Below, piece after piece: positions 1 through 14,609 of a stretch of DNA of 64,000 bases. This DNA is from Octopus vulgaris. Lineage: Eukaryota. The stretch's first letter is position 1. Each line of letters begins with the position of its first letter. The notes beneath the pieces were generated by a model, which was given only the letters and a program-made list of their open reading frames with translations, had not been told where the DNA came from and did not search any database. The position numbers and the translations under genes were made by a program. Where the stretch lies: positions 66,774,001 to 66,838,000 of the forward strand of contig OX597825.1 of NCBI GenBank assembly GCA_951406725.2. The letters run 5' to 3'.

Positions 1-86
<86 letters not shown>

Positions 87-94
87 TATACATA

Positions 95-509
95 TGCATA
101 GGAGTGGCTGTGAAGCAAGTAGCTTGCTTACGAACTACATGGTTCCGGGTTCAGTCCCATTGCGTGGCACCTTGGGCAAGTATCTTCTACTATAGCCTCG
201 GGCCGACCAAATCCTTGTGAGTGGATTTAGCAGGCTGAAACTGAAAGAAGCCCGTCGTATATATGTATATATATATATATGTATGTGTGTGTATATGTTT
301 GCGTGTCAGTGTTTGTCCCCACCAACATCACTTGACAACCGATGCTGGTGTGTTTACATCCCCGTAACTTAGCGGTCCAGCAAAAAAGACCGATAAAGTA
401 AGTACTAAGCTTACAAAGCATAAGTCCTGGGGTCGATTTGCTCGATTAAAGGCGGTGCCTCAGCATGGCCACAGTCACATGACTGAAACAAGTAAAAGAG
501 TAAAAGAGT
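95..509 (+). mobile_element. SINE family A, full length (tRNA-derived head, CORE-like segment, internal TA/TG microsatellite, AGTAAAAG tail)
   Basis: A/B-box-like head GGAGTGGCTGTG..GGTTCAGTCCC; CORE-like CACCTTGGGCAAGT; more than 12 similar copies in the window. Confidence 0.85.
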
Positions 510-519
510 ATAGATACAT

Positions 520-850
520 TTGATCCTTCAGGGGTGTTTGTCGAATAAATCGTCCCCAAAATTTTGTTTTAGCCAGGTACTCATTTCATCGGCCTCTGTA
601 CGGGACGTAAACACACCAACACTGTTTGTCAACTGGTGGTGTCGGACAAACAGACACAAAAGCACATATATAGATATACACATATAGATATAAAAAAACA
701 GGCTTCTTTCAGTTTCCCTCTCCCAAATCCAATCACAAGTCTTTGGTCGGCCCAAGGCTATAGCAGAAAACACTTGCCCTTGGTGCCATGCAGTGGGACT
801 GAAAAGCGGAACTATGTTCTTGGGAAGAAACCGTCTTACCGCAAAACTAA
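520..850 (-). mobile_element. SINE family A, diverged copy
   Basis: Reverse-complement similarity to 95-509. Confidence 0.75.
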
Positions 851-1044
851 GATCTTGTGTGTACACATAGATGTACGGTTGCTATTTTAACGTTTAGATC
901 GCCACGTTGATTATTATTGTCCATTCTGCTCACAGTATAGTGTTTTAGAAACTGCTATTATTCATCGTATGACAAGTTTTGATATACAAAGAAAATGTAG
1001 ATGAATTTACGATGAATGCAAGTTTATATCATTTGTTTCTGCGT

Positions 1045-1447
1045 AAGGTGGCGAGCTGGCAGAAACGTTAGCACGCTAGGTGAAATGCTTAGCGGTATTT
1101 CGTCAGCCGTTACGTTCTGAGTTCAAATTCTGCCCAGGTCGACTTTGCCTTTCATCATTTCGGGGTCAATAAATTAAATACCAGTTACGCACTGGGGTCG
1201 ATGTAATCGACTTAATCCGTTTGTCTGTCCTTGTTTGTCCCCTCTGTGTCTAGCCCCTTGTGGGTAGTAAAGAAATAGGTATTTCGTCTGTATTTACGTC
1301 CTTAGTTCAAATTCCGCTGAGGTCGATTTTGCATTTTATCCTTTCGGGGTCGATAAATTAAGTACTAGTTTCGTACTGGGGTCGATCTAATCGACTGGCC
1401 CCTCCCCCAAAATTTCGAGCCTTGTGCCTAGAGTAGAAAAGATTATT
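1045..1447 (+). mobile_element. SINE family B dimer (first unit tail type 1, second unit tail type 2)
   Basis: Head AAGGYGGCGAGCTGGCAGAAACGTTAGC, B-box GAGTTCAAATTC, central GTCGACTTTGCCTTTCATCCTTTCGGGGTCGATAAATTAAGTACCAG present twice. Confidence 0.85.
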
Positions 1448-1685
1448 TGTTTCCGTGTACGTTTCACCATCACAATAATTGTGATTGCACTGGATTTTCC
1501 AGTTGCAATTGGATGCTTAAGATCTTCGTATGACCAAGGAACGCTTTATTGCATTATTTAACAGAGAACTAATGTAAAGAATCTAATTGCATTTGAAACA
1601 TCCAATGCAGAATTCCAATAACCGCAATGACAAAATGTGCGGAAGAACAAGGAATATAAACTTGTGTTTAACGTAGTCTCTCCAA

Positions 1686-1895
1686 CATACATACATATAT
1701 ACATATGTACATACATACACACGCACATACATACATACATACATACATACTTACATACATACATACATACATACATACTTACATACATACATACATACAT
1801 ACATACATTCATACATACATACATACATACATACATACATACATACATACATACATGCATACATATATGCATGCATGCATGCATGCATACATACA
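1686..1895. repeat. (TACA)n microsatellite
   Basis: Direct reading. Confidence 0.95.
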
Positions 1896-2584
1896 AACAT
1901 ATAGATATAATTAGAGAAATAATCCAGAGAAATAAGCAGGAAATATGCGCCCACAGGTATTATTTTCCCTTCTGATATGAAGCTGGTCTTAATTGCCATT
2001 TGGGAGATAATGCTAATAAGTCAAGATTTTCTATTGTACAGTATTTGATATACCTCTATTTGTTCTATGATCAAATACATGTCACGTGTCATTCTGAACT
2101 ATTTCTCCTGGTACACTTTAGTTTAAATTGGACAACTTCCTTAGACCATAACTGTGTCCTACTCTCTTTTATATAAGACTTCTCTGCAGATAAGAACAAC
2201 TGCTGTGCTAATGACGGCTGTTGAATGAGAAACGCGACTAGGCAATCATTGTCTTGTCTCTAGACAATAAACATGACCTCTTCTTTAATATGTCAACTTT
2301 AGAAAATTCTTGATTCTGCAGATTATTTCCGCTTCTCATGTAGAGCTTGTTGTAATTGCCATTTGGTAATTAAGTAACATCCTTTAGAGGCGGAAATTAG
2401 TTTAGTAAATCAGGAAATTATCATGTATAGTATCGGATATCCGGGTTTCTGCCTCTCTCTTTCTCCTTCTGTCTGTCTGTCTGTCTCTTCTTCTCTCTCT
2501 TCCTCTATCTCATTTCTCTCTCTCTCTCTATATATATATATATGTATATGTACATATATGTATATGCATGTATATATATATGTA

Positions 2585-2657
<73 letters not shown>

Positions 2658-3388
2658 GTGTGTGTGTGTGTGTGTGTGTAGGCAAATCCATGAACAATAA
2701 AACAGTAAAGACAAAAGTTAATTGGTCACACGCAGTGAATGCATTAGATTTAAGCTCAGTGATGGTTTTAGATGGATAGATAAGAGTAGAAATGGCGTCT
2801 CTAGCATGCCCCACCGTCGGTTAGTGTAAGAAGTGCAGAGAATGTGAAAAAGAGGAAACAGAGGAATTGTCCGTAGAAAAGCACGTGTTATATAGACTTA
2901 CGCAGAGACAATCACGCGAACACACACACATATTTATACTTACATATTTATACTTTAACCTGATGGTGCTTTGTTTTACTGGGAAGCAATACTAATGCAT
3001 TGCGCAATCTAATAATTTTTCTATATATGTATGAATATACGACAGGCTTCTTTTAGTTTCCGTCTAACAAATCCATGTATATATGTATGTATGTATGTAT
3101 GTAGGTATGTATGTATGTATGTATGTATGTAAGTATGTATGTATGTATGTATGTATGTAAGTGCCATGTAGCCAAGGAGTTCAATTCGTTTCGCAAGCCC
3201 GAGATTACGAGTTCGAGTCTATTGCATTGCATATTGGATAAACGTCATTTTCCATAGCTCCAATGCAACCCATGGCTTACGGATGAAATAATGTAAAACA
3301 ACACTGTGTAGGCCATCGGGTTGATTGCACCCTTAATTCAAATGATGCATCCTTGTCAAACTTTGCATTACAGTAATTATCTTACGAA

Positions 3389-3637
3389 GGCGGTGAGCTG
3401 GTAAAGGCGGCGAGTTGGCAGAAACGTTAGCACGCCGGGCGAAATGCTTAGCGGTATTTCGTCTGCCGATACGTTCTGAGTTCAAATTCCGCCGAGGTCG
3501 ACTTTGCCTTTCATCCTTTCGGGATCGATAAATTAAGTACCAGTTACGCACTGGGGTCGATGTAATCGACTTAATACCTATGTCTGTCCTTGTTTGTCCC
3601 CTCTGTGTTTAGCCCCTTGTGGGTAATAAAGAAATAG
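3389..3637 (+). mobile_element. SINE family B (tail 1) with 16-bp TSD
   Basis: TSD GTAATTATCTTACGAA at 3373-3388 and 3638-3653. Confidence 0.9.
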
Positions 3638-3829
3638 GTAATTATCTTACGAATTACATTAAACGGTATCAGTTTCTGTGAAAGTCCCCACAAATAATCA
3701 GTTAAATCGGAAGCAGTTGGTCGAGTAAATGAAACCACATTTCCGAACAACAGGGATCCACTAACAGCACCATCAGCATCACCATCACTATCGTCACCAC
3801 AACCACAGTTGTTTGCTGTGTAGGTTACT

Positions 3830-4929
3830 TATGTTGTGTGCGGATAGTTATTTGTTTATCCGTGCTTTATCTGTGGTGTTCACTGAACACAGGTAGAGTG
3901 GGAAGACCTGGAATTCGGGAGAATTATTGTTTTGCTCATATGCCTGTGTCCACTCAGCGGAATCTGTCTAGTACTGGGGTCTCGTATTTGTTGTCGGTGA
4001 ATGGTCAGTCTATATCTTAGTGTAAGCTTAGTTTGACCTATGTACTCTTCATTACATCCTTGACATTTGATAGCGTATATTAAATTCCTTGAAGAACATG
4101 CAAAGTAATTCTTTACGGTAAATATCTGTCCTGATTTGAATTTGTATATTGTGTCTTCAATAAGATTGATGCAAGTCCCACAATTGGGGCGGCCACACTA
4201 TTTGATTGTTGGTGTAGGATTTGTGGAAGGTAATTAAGCACTTGTGAAGAATATTTTGAGAGACAGTGATTGTCTTTTAATCTTGACTATTTTGTGTATT
4301 TCGGATGTTTGTTTCATTCTTGGGTGTTGTCTTAGTAGTGGGATGTTTTGGTGGATAGTATTGTAATTCTTGGGTTGTGTATTGTAATAAAGGTTAGATT
4401 ATTGGATGTATCTGGAGCATTTTCATTTTTCGTAGTTTTTGGATATTTATTGCTTTCACATTTTCTATTCCGTTGTCAACTTTAATGGATATTGTCTTGT
4501 AAGCAGTATTTGTTTTACGAATTTCAGAGTTTGAGACAATTGTGCAGAATTGCTAGAGTAAAGAGAATATTATTCTTCGTATGTTTCAGAATGCATGCGG
4601 TAAACAATAAGTATTGTTTAGAATCTGTTTGTTTGTAGTGAATGTCTGTTTCAATGTTTTTATCTCTTTTGATGATATCCAGGAATGGTAGTTAAGTTTT
4701 ATTGTATTCCATGGTGAAGCTTATATCATTGTTTATGCTGATGTTAGAGGTTTTTGAAATCTGTAAGTTGTTCACATGTATGCGTCCATAGAATTAGGCA
4801 GCCATCTAGGTAACGTTTCCAGTTAGTAGATATTTGTGAAAGTCCAAGCCATATTTTGATTTTGAGTGTTCATATATCTAGACCTCCATGTAAGCTATGA
4901 CTAGATTATCGTAAGTCGGAGCAACTTTT
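3830..4929 (-). pseudogene. Penelope-like element remnant (RT C-terminal half + GIY-YIG endonuclease), disrupted
   Basis: Minus-strand translations: KVAPTYDNLVIAYME, WKRYLDGC (YxDD site), LPFLDII, IETDIHYKQTDSKQYL, CGRPNCGTC, NLIYAIKCQGCNEEYIGQT..RLTIHRQQI; stops and frameshifts present. Confidence 0.85.
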
Positions 4930-5162
4930 GTCAGCGTGCAATGAAAAGAAAACTGCAGACACATATATATATTTTCACACACACAAACACACACTCACAC
5001 ACACACACACTCACACACACACTCACACACACACACACAAACACACACACAAACACACACATATGAAAAACACGATCACATATATAGATGTATTTATCTA
5101 TCTATCTAACAATTATTATACACATACATACACAAATACATATGTATATATATATATATATA

Positions 5163-5940
<778 letters not shown>

Positions 5941-5954
5941 TATGGTGGTAGGTT

Positions 5955-6170
5955 CACTCAGCTGTAGAAATGAGTTGCGACGTCACGAGTGCCAAGCTGT
6001 ATCGGCCTTTGCCTTTTCCCTTGGATAACACTGGTGGCGTGGTGAGGGGAGGCCGGTATGCATGGGCGACTGCTGGTCTTCCATAAACAACCATGCCCAG
6101 ACTTGTGACTAGGAGGGTAACTTTCTAGGTGCCATCCCATGGTCAGTGTTGTGACCGAAGGGGGTCCCGG
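5955..6170 (+). mobile_element. 3' portion of another retroposon/SINE (family C)
   Basis: Tail CTAGGTGC..CATGG..TGACCGAAGGGGGTC recurs reversed at about 59605-59652. Confidence 0.5.
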
Positions 6171-7139
6171 ATGGTGGTAGGTAGAAGCACAGGTATAAAA
6201 ACACACAAGCACGCACACACACACACATACACACACATAGGACAGACTTCTTTCAGTTTCCGTCGACCAAATCCACTCACGTAGATGCTTTAGTAGAAGT
6301 CACTTGCTCAAGGTGCCATGCAGTTGGACTGACCTCGGAACCATGAGGTTTGGAAGCATCTATATACATCATACATCACTCATACACGCACACATACACA
6401 CACACTCAACACACAAACACACATGTATATAATTACAAATGCAGATATAACGACTCACAAATATTCGTTTATATATTTGCATACAAATAGTTGAATAGAT
6501 AGATACGTATCGGAAATACATTTTCTAATGCTTCTCAATACAGAACATTAGGAAATTCTTCCTTATAGCGATTTTACGATAGTTTTGAGGAAAAGAAAAT
6601 ATGAAAAACATGCTGACCACATGCCCTAAGAGGCAAGGAAATAGGGATACATAGAAAAGAAGGAGAATTGTGAGAGTTAAAGCAAAACAAATGGAATAAG
6701 AATTCCTGCTTTCAGAACGTAAAGAATGCATTGGTCCATTTAAAATATTCCTATTGCTTCTCCTGGCATTGAAATTCATAGAGTTATGAAACGAACAGGA
6801 ATTGTAGTTTATCGATCTTTGAAAACCTTCGGGGAGAGGTTAGATAATAGTAGCTAACATTAACTTTCAGTTTTACGCTTGCAAAAGCTTCAAGTGATTC
6901 TCATTACAAACTTACTACAATCCTTTAGGTCAAGAAAGCGATAGACTGATTCAAATAGCGTTCGTATATATATGAAGATCAAAATGATTTCATGCGGCGA
7001 ACACTTATATTACAATGTAACTAAAATGTTAATGGGTAAGATACGTATAGAAACATACTTACCTACGAAAGGGTCACCGGATTTAAGGCTATCGCGAAAG
7101 GCCTGGCTGGTGGTCCAACCTCCCGGGTTTTTCTGCAGA

Positions 7140-7281
7140 TCTTAGAAAAAACTAAAGGGCACCGCTGCAATAAGTGTATGAATGTTAGAGGGGTGCATGT
7201 TGAATAAAAAAAATTCATAATTATCTAATCCTGTATTTTCTTTTACCGAAAGCCGGGAAATTTTCAGCACACCCTCGTACA
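7140..7281 (-). mobile_element. mariner-like terminal fragment
   Basis: Minus strand starts TACGAGGGTGTGCTGAAAA, a typical mariner TIR with TA. Confidence 0.45.
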
Positions 7282-7286
7282 TACCT

Positions 7287-7671
7287 CGCAGGAGTGGCTG
7301 TGTGGTAAGTAACTTGCTTACCAACCACATGGTTCCGGGTTCAGTCCCACTGCGTGGCATCTTGGGCAAGTGTCTTCTACTATAGCCTCGGGCCGACCAA
7401 TGCCTTGTGAGTGGATTTGGTAGACGGAAACTGAAAGAAGCCTGTCGTATATATGTATATATATGTATGTGTGTGTATATGTTTGTGTGTCTGTGTTTGT
7501 CCCCCTAACATTGCTTGACAACTGATGCTGGTGTGTTTACGTCCCCGTCACTTAGCGGTTCAGCAAAAGAGACCGATAGAATAAGTACTGGGCTTACAAA
7601 GAATAAGTCCCGGGGTCGATTTGCTCGACTAAAGGCGGTGCTCCACCATGGCCGCAGTCAAGTAAAAGAGT
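7287..7671 (+). mobile_element. SINE family A, full length
   Basis: High similarity to 5515-5898. Confidence 0.9.
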
Positions 7672-7917
7672 ATACCTACTAACGTATATATATATACATT
7701 TACTTGTTTCAGTAATGGGACAGTGATCCTGCTGGGAACAACCTTGAAGTGTCTAGTTAAATAAACCGACCCTAGTAAATATTTCCTTTAAGTCTAGTAC
7801 ACATTTTCTCGGAGTATTTTGCCGAACCGCACCGCTGGTTCGGGAAATATGACTAAACAAACACCGGTTGTCGAGCGATGGTGGGGACAAACATAATATA
7901 AACACCAAGACATACAA

Positions 7918-8006
<89 letters not shown>

Positions 8007-8337
8007 AATGCATACACCCAAGTCTATGCATCTATTCTTGTAAGAGACTTAGTAATCGCTTAGATTTGAAGAATCCACGTCAGTTTCTTTTACACTTCTC
8101 CGTGAAACTGAGTCTTCCCAAGTTTTAGTGCAAATGTTGTATGTATGTATGTATTTATGTATGTATGTATGTATGTATGTATGTATGTATGTATGTATGT
8201 ATGTATGTATATTTTCAAATTTGCATGCTTTGTTTTATGTATGTATTCTCATGCATATAGTTGCATATCTAGACATGAAAACATATCTTCGAACTCATAT
8301 AAAGAATCTTGCAAGCCAAATCCCAAAACGAAGACTG

Positions 8338-8534
8338 CGTGCGTACCGTTGGCGATTTTTTTCCTCTGTCTTCCCTTCTCTGGATCATTCCTTCTCCTAT
8401 GTTTCCGACGAAGAGCTCCGCTCGAAACGTTAAACCTTCCTTCTTTCCTTCTTTCCTGAGCGTCCAATAATAGTATATTTGTTCCATGTCCTCGCGTTGT
8501 TGTGTTTTTTTGTGTTTTCTTGTTTGGATTAACT
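8338..8534 (+). mobile_element. About 200-bp non-coding HHR-bearing element, family H1 copy 1
   Basis: Near-identical copies at 24295-24497 (+) and 39805-40004 (-); all end GGATTAACT next to TA-rich runs. Confidence 0.85.
8401..8435 (+). ncRNA. Minimal type-I hammerhead ribozyme motif (C4 variant)
   Basis: GTTT-CCGACGA-A-GAGC(TCC)GCTC-GAA-ACGT-T-AAAC. Confidence 0.65.
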
Positions 8535-8790
8535 TTATATACATACGACGGGCTTCTTTCAGTTCCTGTCTCAGTTCACTCACACGGCTTTGGTAAGCCC
8601 GAGGCTACAGTTGTAGACACTTGCCCAAGGAAGCACGCAGCAGGACTGAACCCGGAGCCACGTGTTTGTTAAGCAAGGTACTTACCACACAGCCGGGCGT
8701 ACTCTAGCGACTGAACGAAAAATGTATGCGTGCTTGTACACCCTAATAGAGTAAGAGTGTGAACGTGTATACACAGAGAAAGAGAGAGAG

Positions 8791-8837
<47 letters not shown>

Positions 8838-9243
8838 AATAAGGAAAGAAAGAAGGAAAGAAGGAAAGAAACAAACAACCAAAGAAGGGAGAAGAATGAA
8901 ATTGCAATTGTGTGAGTATCATGCAAGAAATTTCAGAAACAACATCCTCTGTATTTCTGTAACTTTAGAATAAAATTTTATTAGAATTTTTTTTATTCCT
9001 CTATTTCAAATTAAAAATGGAAAATGTTGCGCAAAGTATTTTCTTGTTAGAAAGTTCCACGCGAAAGTAATACATTAATAAGCTATAAAAAAAACATTCA
9101 GTCACAGTTGGTACTGACATATGACGTGAAAAAATCTCTTACAACGTCTCTGTAATGGGTTTTATGTATATTTGCAACAAACCAATGAAGAAATTTACAT
9201 GCAAATTCACAAATACACACGCACATAGAACACATGCACGTAC

Positions 9244-10773
<1,530 letters not shown>

Positions 10774-10774
10774 G

Positions 10775-10829
<55 letters not shown>

Positions 10830-11104
10830 GATCTATCTATCTATCTATCGATCTATCTATCTATCTATCTATATACCCACGCACATATATATCAATTGAT
10901 CTATCTCAAAGTATGTATGAGCGAACGTATACGAGTGTGTATGAATGTATAAAATATATATATATACATATATATATACATATACATATATACATACATA
11001 CATACATCTATATATATATATATATAGACACACATAAACGCATATACATACATGCATACATATCATAGGCACATATACATACATATATGTATATATATAT
11101 ATAT

Positions 11105-11138
<34 letters not shown>

Positions 11139-11392
11139 ATGTATATGTATATATATATAATCATAATTAAGGGTTTCAAAAGAGATATCATCTTGCTAGA
11201 TATAGCAGTCAAAGCCCGACTCTCAAACCACATCATGTATTCATACAGCACAGGTGAAAAGATGAATGAACAAATAAACTACCAAAAAGTTAATTATAAT
11301 TTTAATAATAATAATTACGTATAAGTTTTTAAGTTTTTCCAAGCTGGCCACTCGATTTGATCGTTAATTTAAATAACGGTCTTATCCCCTTC

Positions 11393-11448
<56 letters not shown>

Positions 11449-11557
11449 GAAGGAAATAATACCGTTATTTAAATTTACGATCATATCGAGTGGCCAGGAA
11501 CTGGGAAAAACTTACAGGTAATTATTATTTTTTCCTAAATTAGTAGTATAAGTACAA

Positions 11558-11627
<70 letters not shown>

Positions 11628-11635
11628 TATATATA

Positions 11636-11787
11636 CCGGAGTAAACACATAAATGTGAAACAAGGTGGAAAAAAGAGTACTCAAATACCAGTGGTAGAAT
11701 AATATGCTTTATTTAAAGCAGCAGAAAATTCAACAAAACCTGTTACTCTGAGTTTCCCGTTGCCGTTCATCGGACAGTTTTTGCTAG

Positions 11788-11790
<3 letters not shown>
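11636..11790 (-). mobile_element. Short HHR-bearing element (family H3) between (TA)n tracts
   Basis: About 155 bp of unique sequence flanked by long TA runs; HHR motif followed by AATAAA. Confidence 0.65.
11740..11777 (-). ncRNA. Minimal type-I hammerhead motif (C4 variant)
   Basis: CTGT-CCGATGA-A-CG(GCAA)CG-G-GAA-ACTCAGAGT-A-ACAG. Confidence 0.6.
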
Positions 11791-11836
<46 letters not shown>

Positions 11837-11851
11837 TACATATATACATAT

Positions 11852-11937
<86 letters not shown>

Positions 11938-11943
<6 letters not shown>

Positions 11944-12741
11944 AGATAGGGGTTGAAAATTCAACCCACCATGGGATAATATATATCCAATATACTGCTA
12001 GATAGGTACCCAACAAGACTAATACATAGATGCTAAAAATTGCCAAACAATCAGTTCATCTATTGTATTATATGGGTAAAGGTAATAATATTACCGTAAA
12101 TTAATACTACAAAATTAGTGAATGGAGAAACATACTTAAATCAATAAAACATCAACTATCAGATGATACCCAATCAATACTTTAATACACCATTACATAT
12201 CAGTAAAGGCATTATAAAAAATATACAGTAAGAGTAAATAGACAAAGAGATATAAGTATAAAATTTCAAATATAATATGTAATTAAATCAATTCTGACAG
12301 CTGTTTCGGCAGTGAGGGCAGTCATACCTCATTTAACCTATAAGCCATAAAGGCAGGTATAAATGAGGCATTAACAAGGATGCCCCACGGCCTCTTCAGA
12401 GAATTAAATTTGTTATAATTGTGAAAAAGATTATTTAACCATATACATATAAATATAAAAATATAAAAATGTAAAATATAAAAACTTATACATAAACTTC
12501 ATAATGCTACACTTATATAATATAATACTCATTGGTACAATAATGGAAGGTAAACAGGACAAAATAAAACAAAATATATATCAGTGTATATATTAATATT
12601 AATAAGCACCGATATTATACATATTTGGCTAATAGTTTTTTAAAAAAACTAACACATAGGGAGATGAAAAATAATAATTAAAACCATGGTTCAGTTCATA
12701 AAATTATAAAGCTATAAAAGTTAATAAAAATTACTATTAAT

Positions 12742-12772
<31 letters not shown>

Positions 12773-12902
12773 TATACAGTTATGTTTGCACCAAGTCCAT
12801 CCTTTCAAGATTGTAATAACTATGAGTTAAGAAATACTGACCACTAGGTAATGATAATTTAGATTAATTCGATTGGCTATTGGTTTGAAATTTAAATCAC
12901 AA
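11938..12902 (-). mobile_element. About 1-kb AT-rich PLE-type terminal remnant between (TA)n tracts
   Basis: Flanked by TA microsatellites; contains the canonical HHR at 12290-12405. Confidence 0.5.
12290..12405 (-). ncRNA. Type-I hammerhead ribozyme, canonical core, long stem II
   Basis: AATTCT-CTGAAGA-GGC...GCC-GAA-ACAGCTGT-C-AGAATT; stem II about 85 nt, extensively paired. Confidence 0.85.
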
Positions 12903-12906
12903 TATA

Positions 12907-12983
<77 letters not shown>

Positions 12984-12990
12984 ATATTAC

Positions 12991-13049
<59 letters not shown>

Positions 13050-13077
13050 CCTACCTATCTATCTATCTATCTATCTA

Positions 13078-13136
<59 letters not shown>

Positions 13137-13673
13137 TTATACTTATTCCCATATTCAGTAATGCTAAACGCATAAGTGTATGTATAGCAAATTGGCAAGA
13201 TGTAAACTTACGAATGAACAAAGAAATTAACTAGGATGTAAAACCAAAATCAGGGACTAAATCTGCATTTTCAGGAGAATGAATTGTGCTTGTGGGTCTA
13301 TGTTTGTTTGACAAGATTGAGGTGAGAGATAAAGGCCGAGCGGCGGATAACAAAGAAAGCAATGATAGAATGCAAAGTGAAAGTGAAAGTTAAAAAAATT
13401 GAAGAAGTGGAAAAAATAAGATGAAATTTCATTTCTCTAGGGTTGTGATTCGTCTTTTTAGATCAGGGTGCTCTGTGATACGGCATGTTGTTATCTCTGA
13501 TCCTATGTTCGTTGTAATGACATCTATTACTGTTGCAACATACTTACGCAACATTTACATTTCTCGAAAATATCTCGTCTCATACATTGATCTTAATGTG
13601 TGTTCACCCAAATAATGAAACTCTTCACAACTGTCTTGCCGTTATATTGTTAATCCCTATATTTATATTGAAC

Positions 13674-13905
13674 CAAGGCGGCGAGCTGGCAGAAACGTTA
13701 GCACGCCGGGCGAAATGCGTAGCCGTATTTCGTCTGTCGTTACGTTCTGAGTTCAAATTCCGCCAAGGTCGACTTTGCCTTTCATCCTTTCGGGGTCGAT
13801 AAATTAAGTACCAGTTACGCACTGGGGTCGATGTAATCGACTTAATCCGTTTGTCTGTCCTTGTTTATCCCCTCTGTGTTTAGCCCCTTGTGGGTAGTAA
13901 AGATA
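13674..13905 (+). mobile_element. SINE family B (tail 1) with 16-bp TSD
   Basis: TSD TATATTTATATTGAAC at 13658-13673 and 13906-13921. Confidence 0.9.
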
Positions 13906-13929
13906 TATATTTATATTGAACATACTCTA

Positions 13930-14600
13930 TTTTTGTATTAACTACTTCATGTTGAAGCTTGTGATATAGTCCTCTTATTTACAGATGTAACTTGATATTC
14001 TTGTGTCTTTTTAGTTTTAGCATGTTTGAGCCTAAAACTATGGTTGTAACATCTTTTTCGAATGTTCCCTTGCGTTACGCGTATATACCTTTATAGTTTT
14101 GTACACAACTGTTTGAACTTGTAGGACGTGTTTAGTGGCCATGTGGTTGTGAGTTGTGAGTGGCCTCGATGCTATTCTTGCTGGTAATGCTCATATAACT
14201 TGAAAACCGGTTACAGATGCTCCAGTATCAAAGAGGCTAATATTAAGAACCCCAGTGAATAACATCGATGGAGCATTTTCTGTATGTTTGTGGGCAAGTG
14301 CTTACCATTAATAATAAAATGATTTATCTATGTTTGACTGGGAGTTAAAAGAGAACTACGGAGCAAACAATATATTTTGTCATGGATTTGTGGTTTGTTG
14401 GTTGTGTTCATTGGTAAAAGCAGCTATTGTAATACATATGCTACTAGATCTTGCTAGATTGTAGTCTCTGTGTTATCCTGTATGTGAATGTGAATTTCTT
14501 GGTTTGAGGGTCTATTGTGCATTTGTGTATAAGGACGCATAGCTCTACGAGAAAAAGTTAGCTGCTATGAGAAATGGAATTCATCTGAATATTGGAAAAG
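13930..14600 (-). pseudogene. Highly decayed Penelope-like ORF remnant
   Basis: Minus-strand patch YIRVTQGNIRKRCYNHSFRLKH resembles the GIY-YIG YIG..R..H segment; many stops. Confidence 0.35.
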
Positions 14601-14609
14601 AGATACCTG

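Larger units (their letters stand above)
7697..8700 (-). mobile_element. SINE family A halves (3' half 7697-7915, 5' half 8543-8700) separated by microsatellites and an HHR element
   Basis: Both halves match family A in the same orientation. Confidence 0.6.

Noticed and set aside
95-170. tRNA-like A/B boxes at SINE heads (also 5515, 7287, 18740-18799, 22370-22427)
   Set aside because: No complete cloverleaf; they continue into SINE bodies, so they are not tRNA genes.
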